A stretch of DNA of 46,056 nucleotides, from the NCBI GenBank assembly GCA_937922735.1, contig CALAJL010000087.1, positions 1 to 46,056 of the forward strand. The letters are read 5' to 3'. The notes beneath the pieces were generated by a model that was not told the origin of the DNA, did no database searches, and saw nothing but the letters and a program-made list of their open reading frames with translations. The stretch is from an uncultured Gammaproteobacteria bacterium (lineage in GTDB: Bacteria > Pseudomonadota > Gammaproteobacteria > UBA4575). Made by a program: the position numbers and the translations under genes. Below are positions 23,470-35,886 of this stretch, one piece after another. Position 1 is the first letter of the stretch; every line of letters starts with the position of its first letter.

Positions 23470-24570
23470 ATGCAGTTATCTATAATACGTGAAGACCTTC
23501 TAAAACCTCTTCAACAAATCATTGGTGCCGTAGAGCGTAGGCAAACAATGCCTGCTTTAAGTAATCTATTACTTAAAGGAAGTGAACGAAATCTTTCAAT
23601 CACTGCAACCGACCTAGAGGTCGAACTAGTTGCAACGTTAGAGATGGATATTGAAGATCATGGGTCTACAACGATACCGGCCAGAAAACTACTTGATATA
23701 TGTCGTTCACTGCCTGATCAATCGAAAATTGCTATTAATTCATCGAATGAGAAAATTAAAGTAAGTTCGGGCCGTAGCCGCTTTACATTGGCTACCCTAC
23801 CCGCTGAAGATTTTCCAACCATAGATGACTTAGAGCTTGACCAAAATATCGTAATCCAGGAAGGAGAATTTAAATCGTTAATTGAGAAATCTGCATTTGC
23901 AATGGCTCAACAGGATGTGCGCTATTACTTAAATGGTTTGTTGTTAGAACTCGATTCAAATCAATTTCGTACTGTAGCAACGGATGGGCATCGTTTAGCG
24001 CTTTCGCAGCTAGATCATAAATCAGATATTGAAGGCTCCCGACAAATTATTTTGCCTCGTAAAGGCGTGCAAGAATTACTGCGCTTACTGAGTTCAGAAG
24101 ATAATGAAATTACTATATCCATTGGTAAAAACCACTTACGTGTAAATTTAGCTAATCTACAATTCACATCTAAACTCATTGATGGTCGTTTCCCTGAGTA
24201 TCAACGAGTATTACCCGAGGAATGTGATAATCGCGCTACAATAGATAAAGTTGTTCTTAAACAAGCACTTAGCAGAGCATCTATTCTTTCAAATGAAAAA
24301 TATAAAGGTATTCGATTAATTCTTGATAATAATATTATGGTGATTCAGGCACATAATCCTGAACATGAAGAAGCAGAAGATGAGATTGAAATTGAGTATA
24401 CCGGTGACCGATTAGAGGTTGGATTTAATGTTGTTTATCTTCTTGATGTATTAAATGCTTTAGAGTCTGATAATGTTGAAGTCATAATTCAAGATGCTAA
24501 TAGCAGTGCATTAATCGTTTCACCCGGAAGCCAAACAAGCCGCTACGTAGTAATGCCGATGCGCCTTTAG
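23470..24570 (+). CDS. dnaN: DNA polymerase III beta clamp
   Basis: ATDLEVEL, QDVRYYLNG, ATDGHRLA, LIDGRFPEY, VVMPMRL. Confidence 0.99.
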   Translation: MQLSIIREDLLKPLQQIIGAVERRQTMPALSNLLLKGSERNLSITATDLEVELVATLEMDIEDHGSTTIPARKLLDICRSLPDQSKIAINSSNEKIKVSSGRSRFTLATLPAEDFPTIDDLELDQNIVIQEGEFKSLIEKSAFAMAQQDVRYYLNGLLLELDSNQFRTVATDGHRLALSQLDHKSDIEGSRQIILPRKGVQELLRLLSSEDNEITISIGKNHLRVNLANLQFTSKLIDGRFPEYQRVLPEECDNRATIDKVVLKQALSRASILSNEKYKGIRLILDNNIMVIQAHNPEHEEAEDEIEIEYTGDRLEVGFNVVYLLDVLNALESDNVEVIIQDANSSALIVSPGSQTSRYVVMPMRL

Positions 24571-24588
24571 TGCGAACTGCAGCTTGAT

Positions 24589-25662
24589 TTGGCATTACAA
24601 ACCCTCCTCGTTCAGAATCTAAGGATCATTGAACAGCTGGATCTCTCTCTTGCGCAAGATGCAAACTTATTCGTGGGTGAAAATGGTGCAGGCAAGACCA
24701 GTATTTTAGAAGCTATTGATGTACTAAGCCGCGGACGTTCCTTTCGTGAGCGACGCACTTCCCCGCTCATAAAACAGCAAACAGATGAACTGGTTGTAAG
24801 TGGCAAAGTAGTAGTTGATGGAGTATCAACCCATCTAGGCATACAAAAATCATCAAAACATACCCTGCTTCATTGCAACCAAGAAAAGGTAGCTTCAATT
24901 TCCAATCATGCGAGTTACTTGCCTGCTTTAAGTATGCACCCAGACTCACACCAGCTTATACAAGGCAGTGGCAAATATAGACGTAATTACATCGATTGGT
25001 CAGCGTTTCACGTGAAACATAACTTTCTCATGATATGGCGAGATTACAATAAATGTTTACGGCAACGGAACTCTGTATTACGAAATCGCGGCAGTGAACA
25101 TGAGTTAAATATTTGGACAGCACAGTTAAGCGAACTGGGCGAAGATCTAAATCAATCAAGAAAGAAGATTTTTAACGAAATTAGACCCATTTTCATGAAA
25201 TATAGCAGTATTTTATTACCAGAATGCAAGTTGGAGGTGAATTTTCACTCAGGTTGGCAAGACGATGTGGCGCTTGAAGAAGCCTTAAATGACATGAGAG
25301 AGCAGGAACGAATGAGCAAAACCACACGTTCTGGGCCGCACCGCGCAGATATTAAAATATTGTTAAATGAACAGACCGCATCGGCAACGGCTTCTCGTGG
25401 ACAACAAAAATTAATTGCTGCTTCCATGCTATTAGCCCAGATAGACCACATTCAGCAATTTAATCATCGAAAATGCGTTGTACTCTTAGATGATATACGT
25501 GCAGAACTGGATCAACAGCATGCGCGTGCCTTGATCAAAGCGCTACAAATGCTAGGTTGCCAGGTGTTTATTACGGCTATCGAAGCGGAGCAGATAGATC
25601 TTGAGGGATGGGAAGAAACTAACGTGTTTCACGTGAAACAGGGCGTTTGCACACCAAACTAA
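24589..25662 (+). CDS. recF: DNA replication/repair protein RecF
   Basis: GENGAGKTSILEAI, GPHRAD, SRGQQKL, LLDDIRAELD. Confidence 0.96.
   Translation: MALQTLLVQNLRIIEQLDLSLAQDANLFVGENGAGKTSILEAIDVLSRGRSFRERRTSPLIKQQTDELVVSGKVVVDGVSTHLGIQKSSKHTLLHCNQEKVASISNHASYLPALSMHPDSHQLIQGSGKYRRNYIDWSAFHVKHNFLMIWRDYNKCLRQRNSVLRNRGSEHELNIWTAQLSELGEDLNQSRKKIFNEIRPIFMKYSSILLPECKLEVNFHSGWQDDVALEEALNDMREQERMSKTTRSGPHRADIKILLNEQTASATASRGQQKLIAASMLLAQIDHIQQFNHRKCVVLLDDIRAELDQQHARALIKALQMLGCQVFITAIEAEQIDLEGWEETNVFHVKQGVCTPN
25004..25019. other. parS centromere site 1 (inside recF)
   Basis: CGTTTCACGTGAAACA, 15/16 to the palindrome TGTTTCACGTGAAACA. Confidence 0.85.
25625..25640. other. parS centromere site 2 (inside recF)
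   Basis: Perfect palindrome TGTTTCACGTGAAACA. Confidence 0.92.
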
Positions 25663-25762
25663 AACGTTACGAGTTTAGGCAATTATAGGTGGTTATTTGT
25701 AATGATAATAATCATTCAATCAGGTTAAACAAAACTATTAATTTCACAGGCAGCTATCCTAA

Positions 25763-28213
<2,451 letters not shown>

Positions 28214-28381
28214 TAATACTGTTTAACAAATATATAAAGCTTGAACTAATCTGAATATATTGTGCGTCAGTCTATTTTGTTCTGGCGTACTTTATAGTCT
28301 TTATACAGACTTAATGCATCTATAGCTTTTTACTTTTTCGCTAAAAGCTTATTCATCCACCTCACATTATTGGAGTGTTTT

Positions 28382-28954
28382 ATGGGAATCGGTAGCATAG
28401 TCTTTTTAGCCATTGTAGTTGCCTTAGCAGGTTACTTTATTGTTATTTATAACAACCTAGTTAACCTTAAGCATGCAGTGAGTAAGGCATGGTCAAATAT
28501 TGATGTGTTACTTAAACAGCGTCATGACGAAATCCCAAAACTTGTTGAAGTCTGTAAGCAATACATGGGTTACGAACAAGAAGCGTTAACCAAAGTAATG
28601 GAAGCACGCTCTAGAGTTTCAAATGCTCAGCAGTCTGGCGACATGAATGCACTAGGTGCTGCAGAGGGAATGTTGCGCATGGGAATGGGCAATTTATTTG
28701 CAGTAGCAGAAGACTACCCAGAACTAAAAGCCAATGAAACCTTTCTGCATTTACAAGAGAGAATATCAGGAATTGAAAATTCAATTGCTGATCGTCGAGA
28801 GTTCTATAATGAAAGCGTTAATCGCAACAATGTGCGTATTGAGCAATTCCCAGACTTAATCGTAGCGAGAGCATTAGCGTTTAATCCATTTGAATTGCTC
28901 GAGTTTGCCGATGCTGAAACTCAAGATGTAGATGTAAAAGCACTGTTTAACTAA
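28382..28954 (+). CDS. lemA: LemA family protein
   Basis: N-terminal TM, YNNLV..AWSNIDVLLKQRHDEIPKLV, AVAEDYPELKANETF, RREFYNESV..IEQFP. Confidence 0.93.
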   Translation: MGIGSIVFLAIVVALAGYFIVIYNNLVNLKHAVSKAWSNIDVLLKQRHDEIPKLVEVCKQYMGYEQEALTKVMEARSRVSNAQQSGDMNALGAAEGMLRMGMGNLFAVAEDYPELKANETFLHLQERISGIENSIADRREFYNESVNRNNVRIEQFPDLIVARALAFNPFELLEFADAETQDVDVKALFN

Positions 28955-28997
28955 TTTATTTCGGTCTTATTAATTCAGCCTAAACTAAAGTTCATCT

Positions 28998-29915
28998 GTG
29001 CAAGAACTTTCTCGCTTAAGCAATGGCGATTGGTTTTTATTAGCTGCGTTATCAATAGGTGCGGTTATATGTTTGCTTGCATCACTACGAATGTTTCATC
29101 GGGCACGCTTAATTGAAGATATGCCCACTTCTAAAATTCGCTCTTGTCCACAAGGATATGTAGAACTTCACGGTACGGCTAAATGGATGGATGGCCCAGA
29201 AATTCGTGCACCACTTAGTGGACAACCTTGTGTTTGGTATGCGTTTGTCGTTGAAGAATATGTTAGGCATTCGAAACAAAAATGGCGCAGTATTGAAAGT
29301 GGAGTAAGTGATGAATTGTTTCTATTAGAAGATGACACTGGCACATGTTTGATTGATCCTGATGGCGCGAACGTAACGCCTAGCTCTTCCAATACTTGGT
29401 ATGGCTCAAAGCGTTTAACACCAGCAACTCATACCTCCCCATTAAATGTTTTGGGTGGTGCTATTTTTCAATCAGGCAAGAAGTATCGTTATACCGAGCA
29501 ACGTTTAGATCAATATGAACTTTTATATGCAATAGGTGAATACAGTTCCTTAGGTACTGGGGAAGAAAGCAATCTAGATGATGCTGTAAAAATATATTTA
29601 CGTGAATTAAAGCGTGATAAAGAAAAACTTGCAGTATATGACGTAAATCTCGATGGTCAAATTGATCTCCAGGAATGGGAGCAAGCGCGATTGGATGCAA
29701 AAAATACAGTTATTGAACAGCGACTAGCCAATCCATTACCTAAACGAATGCATGTTTTGCGAAAACCTCAAACAAAAAAATATCAGCCATTTTTGCTTTC
29801 ATCAAAATCGGAGCTACATATGACACGTAAGAACCGCATTATTTCTGCTGCACTAGCAACTTTGTTTGTCATACTAACAGCAAGCACTTTTTTAAAATTA
29901 TTCGGTAATATTTGA
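28998..29915 (+). CDS. GIDE (MUL1/SP1-like BAM) domain membrane protein with EF-hand-like motif
   Basis: TM at both ends; IEDMPTSKIRS..GYVELHG, APLSGQPCVWY, FLLEDDTG.CLIDPDGA, YRYTEQRL; DVNLDGQIDLQE. Confidence 0.75.
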   Translation: MQELSRLSNGDWFLLAALSIGAVICLLASLRMFHRARLIEDMPTSKIRSCPQGYVELHGTAKWMDGPEIRAPLSGQPCVWYAFVVEEYVRHSKQKWRSIESGVSDELFLLEDDTGTCLIDPDGANVTPSSSNTWYGSKRLTPATHTSPLNVLGGAIFQSGKKYRYTEQRLDQYELLYAIGEYSSLGTGEESNLDDAVKIYLRELKRDKEKLAVYDVNLDGQIDLQEWEQARLDAKNTVIEQRLANPLPKRMHVLRKPQTKKYQPFLLSSKSELHMTRKNRIISAALATLFVILTASTFLKLFGNI

Positions 29916-29951
29916 TTCCTAGCCTAATTAGTTGAGGCATAATGATTAGCA

Positions 29952-30596
29952 ATGAAAAATTATTTATATATTTTCATTTACATAACAATTTTTAGTTCAT
30001 CTTTACATGCACAAGAATTTGCATATGTAACTGACTCCCTACAACTACGCGTTTATTCAAGTGCCAATGTAGAAAGCGAACATATCCAGACGATCAATAG
30101 TGGCGATTCAGTAGAAATATTTAAGAGTGAGGGAGGATTTACACAAGTAACTACCTATGACGGTACAGTGGGGTGGGTTAAATCAGCATTTTTAGTAGAA
30201 GACCCACCAGATAAATTGCTTTATTTTTCTGTTAGTGAACAAAACAAGGAGCTTAAGGCCGAGATTGAGTCTTTAAAAAGTGTTCAGCAGACAAGTACTT
30301 CGGGAAATAGTAATGAAACTGAAAGCAACAAAATTAATCAATTACAAATTGCCCTAGATAAAGAACAAGAAATTAACCAAAAACTTCAAGCGCAAATAGC
30401 AAAAGTTGCTAATGTACAAACGATAAGTGCGGTCAGTTCTCCAGTCAGCACAACGGAAGAGACGCCGTTTTTTACTATAAATAATAAGTGGTTATTGCTA
30501 GCAGTACCCGTAGCATTTATTTTGGCTGGATTACTAATGGGTATTAAAATATCAAAATGGCGTATGAGAAAACGTTTACACGGTTTTCAAATTTAA
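29952..30596 (+). CDS. SH3-domain/coiled-coil membrane-anchored protein (YgiM/TIGR04211-like)
   Basis: Signal peptide, YVTDSLQLRVYS..GTVGWV SH3b, coiled coil, C-terminal TM with basic tail. Confidence 0.75.
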   Translation: MKNYLYIFIYITIFSSSLHAQEFAYVTDSLQLRVYSSANVESEHIQTINSGDSVEIFKSEGGFTQVTTYDGTVGWVKSAFLVEDPPDKLLYFSVSEQNKELKAEIESLKSVQQTSTSGNSNETESNKINQLQIALDKEQEINQKLQAQIAKVANVQTISAVSSPVSTTEETPFFTINNKWLLLAVPVAFILAGLLMGIKISKWRMRKRLHGFQI

Positions 30597-30621
30597 CTAA
30601 AAAAATTTATCAATAGACAAA

Positions 30622-31386
30622 ATGAAAATTGCATCTTGGAATGTTAATTCACTTAGAGTTCGATTACCGCAAGTTTTAGAATGGCTTGAAGACAATCAAG
30701 TTGATGTACTTGCTTTGCAAGAAACTAAAATGGTAGATGAAGATTTTCCCGAGAAAGAAATCCAGCAAGCTGGCTATCAAGTTCAATACTCTGGACAAAA
30801 AACCTATAACGGTGTTGCTGTGCTTTCAAAAGATGAGGGAAGTGATGTTGTCAAAGATATAAAAGGTTTAGACGACCCCCAACGAAGAATTCTCGCCGTA
30901 ACTATAGATGATGTTCGTATATTGAATCTATATGTAGTGAACGGCAAAGAAGTAGGGTCAGATAAGTTTGATTACAAGTTAGATTGGTTAGCAAAAGTAA
31001 CGGCTTTTATTAAAAACGATCTTAAGAAATACCCAAACTATGTGGTGTTGGGAGATTTTAATATTGCTCCTGAAGACTTAGATACTCATGACCCAATTGC
31101 CTGGAAAGATAAAATATTATGTAGCAGTCAAGAACGAGCTGCGCTTAAGGGTATAACTGATTTAGGTTTTGTGGATACATTCAGGTTATTCGACCAGGAA
31201 GAAAACACTTTTAGCTGGTGGGATTATCGTGCAGGCGGATTTCCCAGAAATCTCGGTTTGAGAATTGATCTCATTCTTGCTAGTACACCTTTGGAGTCTC
31301 GCTGTAGCTTTAGTGCAGTGGACAAAGCCCCCAGGAGTAACGAGAGACCCTCTGATCACGCTCCAGTTATCGCCGAGTTCTTATAG
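30622..31386 (+). CDS. xthA: Exodeoxyribonuclease III
   Basis: SWNVNSLR, LQETK, YNGVA, GDFNIAP, SWWDYR, GLRIDLIL, PSDHAPV. Confidence 0.93.
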   Translation: MKIASWNVNSLRVRLPQVLEWLEDNQVDVLALQETKMVDEDFPEKEIQQAGYQVQYSGQKTYNGVAVLSKDEGSDVVKDIKGLDDPQRRILAVTIDDVRILNLYVVNGKEVGSDKFDYKLDWLAKVTAFIKNDLKKYPNYVVLGDFNIAPEDLDTHDPIAWKDKILCSSQERAALKGITDLGFVDTFRLFDQEENTFSWWDYRAGGFPRNLGLRIDLILASTPLESRCSFSAVDKAPRSNERPSDHAPVIAEFL

Positions 31387-31707
31387 GTATCATGCAGATA
31401 AAAGTTGTTAAATGTATCGATCTCCTTAAAATGTAAATATTTATTAACTTATAATCTAAAGATCATGATACATAAGGGCTGATAAAAATTAGATTACCGC
31501 CTTAATCGATAATAACTCAGTACATAAGCATTATTTCAATCCAATGACCAATAGTGCTTCATTTACTTGGTTTCATATAACTGTATACATGCTGGAAGTA
31601 ATTCCTATTATTCATGTCAAACGATTTAGTACAATAATTGCACTTGGCATGTAGTCGTAGTTAAGCCAAACTTCGTCTACCAATCTACATACTTGAGGTG
31701 TTTAAAA

Positions 31708-32346
31708 ATGCGCAACATTATGGTGATTAATTCGAAAGGCGGATCAGGTAAATCTACCGTCGCGACTAATTTGGCTTCTTACTTTGCCTCTCAAAATAAG
31801 AAAGTGGTGATGATGGATTATGACCCACAAGGTAGCAGCATGGCATGGCTAGCCGCCCGTTCTTCTGCTCGCACACCAATTGATGGAATCCCGGCCTATA
31901 AAAAAAGTGCTAAACGCCCTAGTAGAAATACGGACGTTGTAATCCATGATGCCCCCGCAGGTATGCATGGTGGTGATCTAAGCAAAATGATAAAAAAAGC
32001 ACAGACTATTCTTATACCCGTACTACCTTCCCCCATTGATATGAGAGCAGTGGGAGATTTTATTGTAGAAATAAAAAAATCAGCACCCGTACAAAATAAA
32101 AAAGCAAAACTTGCATTGATAGCAAACCGTTCACGTGATTATACGAATATTTACTGGGAACTAGACGACTTCCTAAGTAAACAAAAAATTCCTTTTCTTA
32201 CCATGTTACGTGACAGTCAGAATTACATTAAAGCTGCCGAGCGTGGTGTGGGTATTTTCGAAATGGCGCCAGGAGCGACCGAGCTTGACCGCGAAATGTG
32301 GGAGCCCATCATTAAATGGGTGAAAAGTAAGCGCAGTCAGCCGTAG
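31708..32346 (+). CDS. Orphan short ParA/MinD-family ATPase
   Basis: Start reset to ATG 31708 after GAGGTG RBS; NSKGGSGKST, DYDPQGSS, PVLPSPID. Confidence 0.85.
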   Translation: MRNIMVINSKGGSGKSTVATNLASYFASQNKKVVMMDYDPQGSSMAWLAARSSARTPIDGIPAYKKSAKRPSRNTDVVIHDAPAGMHGGDLSKMIKKAQTILIPVLPSPIDMRAVGDFIVEIKKSAPVQNKKAKLALIANRSRDYTNIYWELDDFLSKQKIPFLTMLRDSQNYIKAAERGVGIFEMAPGATELDREMWEPIIKWVKSKRSQP

Positions 32347-32416
32347 TATTTAGCGGGTTGGCAATATATATTGTTGCCACACTTTCTGTACCGGATATTT
32401 TTTAGAGAGTGCTACC

Positions 32417-32959
32417 GTGATAAACAAACATACACTACAACATTTATTTCAAATATATATAGGCATTCTGTTATGCATAGCTATGAGTTTATGCAACACG
32501 GTAATGGCTTCTACTGATGCAGTGATTATTGATAAAGCAGACTATGTAGTAGTCAAAAAATCTGAGCGCAAATTATATCTTTATCGCGGCAGTGAAGTAT
32601 TAAAAAGCTATAAAATAGCGCTTGGCAAACAACCGGACGGACATAAAGCGCGAGAAGGTGATTCTCGAACACCTGAAGGTGTATATACTTTGGACTGGCG
32701 CAATCCGAATAGTAAATTCTACCGCTCTATTCATATTTCATATCCAAGTAAGTCAGACAATCGCAATGCACGAGAACGAGGTGACTCACCGGGTGGCGCC
32801 ATTATGATCCATGGCCAACCGAGCAACTGGGTGGATAAAACTAAACTTTTATTTAATCAAGATGATTGGACAGAAGGCTGTATCGCCGTTCAAGATCATG
32901 AAATGGATGAAATCTGGGAGGCCGTGGAAGACGGCACTCCAATAGAAATCATTCCTTAA
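32417..32959 (+). CDS. YkuD-family L,D-transpeptidase/peptidase (YafK/DpaA-like)
   Basis: K.REGDSRTPEGVY, SIHISYP, IMIHG...WTEGCIAV catalytic His/Cys. Confidence 0.88.
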   Translation: MINKHTLQHLFQIYIGILLCIAMSLCNTVMASTDAVIIDKADYVVVKKSERKLYLYRGSEVLKSYKIALGKQPDGHKAREGDSRTPEGVYTLDWRNPNSKFYRSIHISYPSKSDNRNARERGDSPGGAIMIHGQPSNWVDKTKLLFNQDDWTEGCIAVQDHEMDEIWEAVEDGTPIEIIP

Positions 32960-32968
32960 AAATAAAAA

Positions 32969-33703
32969 TTAATTAGCAAATACTTTTTTTAATAATTCAG
33001 TTGTACGAGCAACTGGATTGGTTCTAATTTTCGCTTCTTCTACTGCAAGGTAATGAAAGATTCCATCCATTCCTTTTTCTACGACATAACTGCTCAAGTC
33101 AGACTTAACATCAGGCACCAAAGGTAGTTTTTTGTATTGGCCAATTGCATTGTCATAACTTTTAATCGCACCTGCTTCAGCAAGACTATCATTCACAATG
33201 GGCGTGAACTCTTTGACCAGGTCAGGCGTCATCTTTGCTTGAAAATAACGTGTTGCCGCATCATTTTCACCTGCTAGGATATTGCGTGCATCATCTAATG
33301 TCATAGCAGAGATAGCACTCTTAAATAATTCTTTCGCTTTTGGGGTTGCAATTTCAGCGGCTCGATTTAAGCGTGTTTCCAAATCATCCAACATTCCGCT
33401 CATACCAACTTTTTCTAGTGTGGATTGAACTTTCTTTAAACTATTGGGAAGTGGAATACGAATGTTTGGGTCAGCATTAAAGCCATCATTAATGCCAAGT
33501 TGATTAACAACTAAGTCGGAACCCACACTTAAGGCTTCTTTAAGGCCGGAGGTAATTTCACCATCCGTTAAGCTGTTAGCTGATGTTGAGCTTGTTATGC
33601 CTGATTCGTTTAATAAGTCCTTAGCCTTATCAAACCAACTCGCATTTAGGTTGCTGGCAAATAAGCAGGTGAATAATATAATTATTATTAACTTGAACTT
33701 CAT
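32969..33703 (-). CDS. DUF4197 family exported protein
   Basis: Signal peptide, GLKEALSVG, IRIPLP, LNRAAEIA, EEAKIRTNPVARTTELLKKVF. Confidence 0.85.
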   Translation of the reverse strand: MKFKLIIIILFTCLFASNLNASWFDKAKDLLNESGITSSTSANSLTDGEITSGLKEALSVGSDLVVNQLGINDGFNADPNIRIPLPNSLKKVQSTLEKVGMSGMLDDLETRLNRAAEIATPKAKELFKSAISAMTLDDARNILAGENDAATRYFQAKMTPDLVKEFTPIVNDSLAEAGAIKSYDNAIGQYKKLPLVPDVKSDLSSYVVEKGMDGIFHYLAVEEAKIRTNPVARTTELLKKVFAN

Positions 33704-33724
33704 GATTCACTCCTGAAAGGTATT

Positions 33725-35113
33725 TTATTTAGTAATTTGATTTTCAGTGGCTGTGCTTGTTCCAAATAGAGCGCCACTTTTTCGCCATAAATAGACGGCT
33801 AGCAAGACTGCGGGTATGCCGAGTAAACCAGCATAAATGAAGAAGTGTATATAACCATAGCCATCTACAATCTTACCAGAAAATCCTCCAATAAATTTAG
33901 CAGGCAATAACATCAATGAACTAAATAAAGCATATTGGGTGGCGGTGTAAGCACGATTAGTAAGACTAGATAAATAAGCAATAAATGCGGAGCCTGCAAT
34001 ACCACCGCTTAAGTTATCAGCGGTAATGACTATTGCGAGTAATGCTATTTCTGGACCTTGTGTTGCCAACCAGGCGAATATTAAATTAGTTATTACTACT
34101 AAAATCGCAGATACAATTAACATGCGCATCACACCATAACGCATAACCATTACTCCACCTAACAGAGCACCAATTATGGTTACTATTATGCCAAACGTTT
34201 TAGACACTAATCCAATTTGAGTTTCGGTATAACCCATGTCAGCATAAAACGGACCAGACATTACGCCCATGGTAATGTCACTTATACGAAATAGGCCGAT
34301 GAACAATAATATTGAAATGGCTGCCAAACCATTTCGAGCAAAAAAATCTACAAAGGGACAAACGATAGCACCAATTATCCAAGCAATAATGTTACGTAAT
34401 TTATTAGGCAGTCGAGAGGGTCCTTCTAAAAACTTTATGACACGTTCTTCTTGTATCCAAGTTTGTTGTTCAATGTGTCTGGTAGGTTCAGCAATCAGTA
34501 ACGTAGTCATCATGCCAATTAACATTGCACAACCCATAAAAAAATATGCTGTACTCCATGAATAGCTGCCGGCAATTAAAAACGCACCACCACCTGCTAA
34601 TATTAAGCCTAAGCGATACCCAAGTTGGTAAGTACCAGCCATAGCACCTTGTAAATTTATTTCTACGGCTTCAATGCGCCATGCATCAATACTGATATCT
34701 TGCGTAGCAGATGAAAAAGCGACTAATAATGCAGCAAGTATAAGACTTGTTAATTGAGTACTAGGGTCATTGTTAGCCATCATCCAAAGCCCAATAAGCA
34801 CACCTAACTGCGCTAACAGCATCCAACTACGACGTTGCCCTAAATAGTTAGTAATGATTGGAAGTCGTAATCGATCGACCAGGGGGGCCCAGACAAATTT
34901 AAAGCCATATAAAATAGCGACCCAAGAAATATAACCTATTGTAGTTCGATCAATGCCTTCTTTTCTGAGCCAAAATGAAAGTGTGCCAAATACTAAAAAT
35001 AGCGGTAATCCCGCGGAAAAACCCAAAAACAACATGGCAATAACACGGGGATGCAGATAAACACTGAAAGACTGCAGCCAAGATTTCTGTATGGAAACTT
35101 TTTCTGTCTTCAC
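33725..35113 (-). CDS. ampG: AmpG-family muropeptide MFS permease
   Basis: LGFSAGLP, KFVWAPLVD, GQRRSWMLLAQ, SATQDISIDAWRIE, TATQYALFSS. Confidence 0.9.
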   Translation of the reverse strand: MKTEKVSIQKSWLQSFSVYLHPRVIAMLFLGFSAGLPLFLVFGTLSFWLRKEGIDRTTIGYISWVAILYGFKFVWAPLVDRLRLPIITNYLGQRRSWMLLAQLGVLIGLWMMANNDPSTQLTSLILAALLVAFSSATQDISIDAWRIEAVEINLQGAMAGTYQLGYRLGLILAGGGAFLIAGSYSWSTAYFFMGCAMLIGMMTTLLIAEPTRHIEQQTWIQEERVIKFLEGPSRLPNKLRNIIAWIIGAIVCPFVDFFARNGLAAISILLFIGLFRISDITMGVMSGPFYADMGYTETQIGLVSKTFGIIVTIIGALLGGVMVMRYGVMRMLIVSAILVVITNLIFAWLATQGPEIALLAIVITADNLSGGIAGSAFIAYLSSLTNRAYTATQYALFSSLMLLPAKFIGGFSGKIVDGYGYIHFFIYAGLLGIPAVLLAVYLWRKSGALFGTSTATENQITK

Positions 35114-35886
35114 ACTTTTAATTCGTAGTCGATACTTAACGGTGCATGATCTGAAAAGCGTTGTTTTTTATATATACTGACTTTTTTTGCAGCACCATTT
35201 AATTTTGGTGTAGCAATATGATAATCAATACGCCAACCAACATTATTTGCCCATGCTTGGCCACGATTAGACCACCAAGTATATTGATCTTCTTTTTGGT
35301 TAAGCTCTCTAAAAACATCAACATAGCCAACATCATCAAATAGCTTGTCTAACCAAGCGCGTTCTTCAGGCAAAAAACCAGAATTTTTTTGATTTCCTCG
35401 CCAGTTTTTCAAATCAATTTCTTTATGCGCAATATTCCAATCACCACAAATAATGTACTCTTTTTTGCGTCGCTTTAGACTTATTAAGTGTTTCATAAAT
35501 GTGTTCATGAAACGGAATTTTGCTTCCTGTCTCTCATCACTGGATGAGCCTGAAGGAGCATACAAAGAAATTACTGCTAGATTTTCGAATTGTAGTTCTA
35601 AGTAACGTCCTTCATTATCAAATTCCTCATCACCATATTTTCGAATCACTTTTTTTGGCTCATGCTTGCTGTAAATGGCTACACCGCTGTAACCTTTCTT
35701 AATGGCATCTACGTAATAGCAAAAGTAACCTTTCGGGAAAAAAACTGGATTATCTTCGAGTTGATGAATTTGTGCTTTGGTTTCTTGAATACAAACCACA
35801 TCAGCTTTCTGTTTTTTTATCCAATCAAAGAAGCCTTTGCGAGCTGCAGCTCTGATACCGTTAACATTGACAGTGATGACACGCAT
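35110..35886 (-). CDS. Exodeoxyribonuclease III / AP endonuclease (ExoA-like, crc position)
   Basis: NVNGIRAA, IQETK, GYSGVAIY, GDWNIAH, GWRIDY, FSDHAPL; divergent from pyrE. Confidence 0.88.
   Translation of the reverse strand: MRVITVNVNGIRAAARKGFFDWIKKQKADVVCIQETKAQIHQLEDNPVFFPKGYFCYYVDAIKKGYSGVAIYSKHEPKKVIRKYGDEEFDNEGRYLELQFENLAVISLYAPSGSSSDERQEAKFRFMNTFMKHLISLKRRKKEYIICGDWNIAHKEIDLKNWRGNQKNSGFLPEERAWLDKLFDDVGYVDVFRELNQKEDQYTWWSNRGQAWANNVGWRIDYHIATPKLNGAAKKVSIYKKQRFSDHAPLSIDYELKV

Noticed and set aside
31581-31596. LexA box-like CTGTATACATGCTGGA upstream of orphan parA
   Set aside because: Lacks the closing CAG of CTG-N10-CAG.
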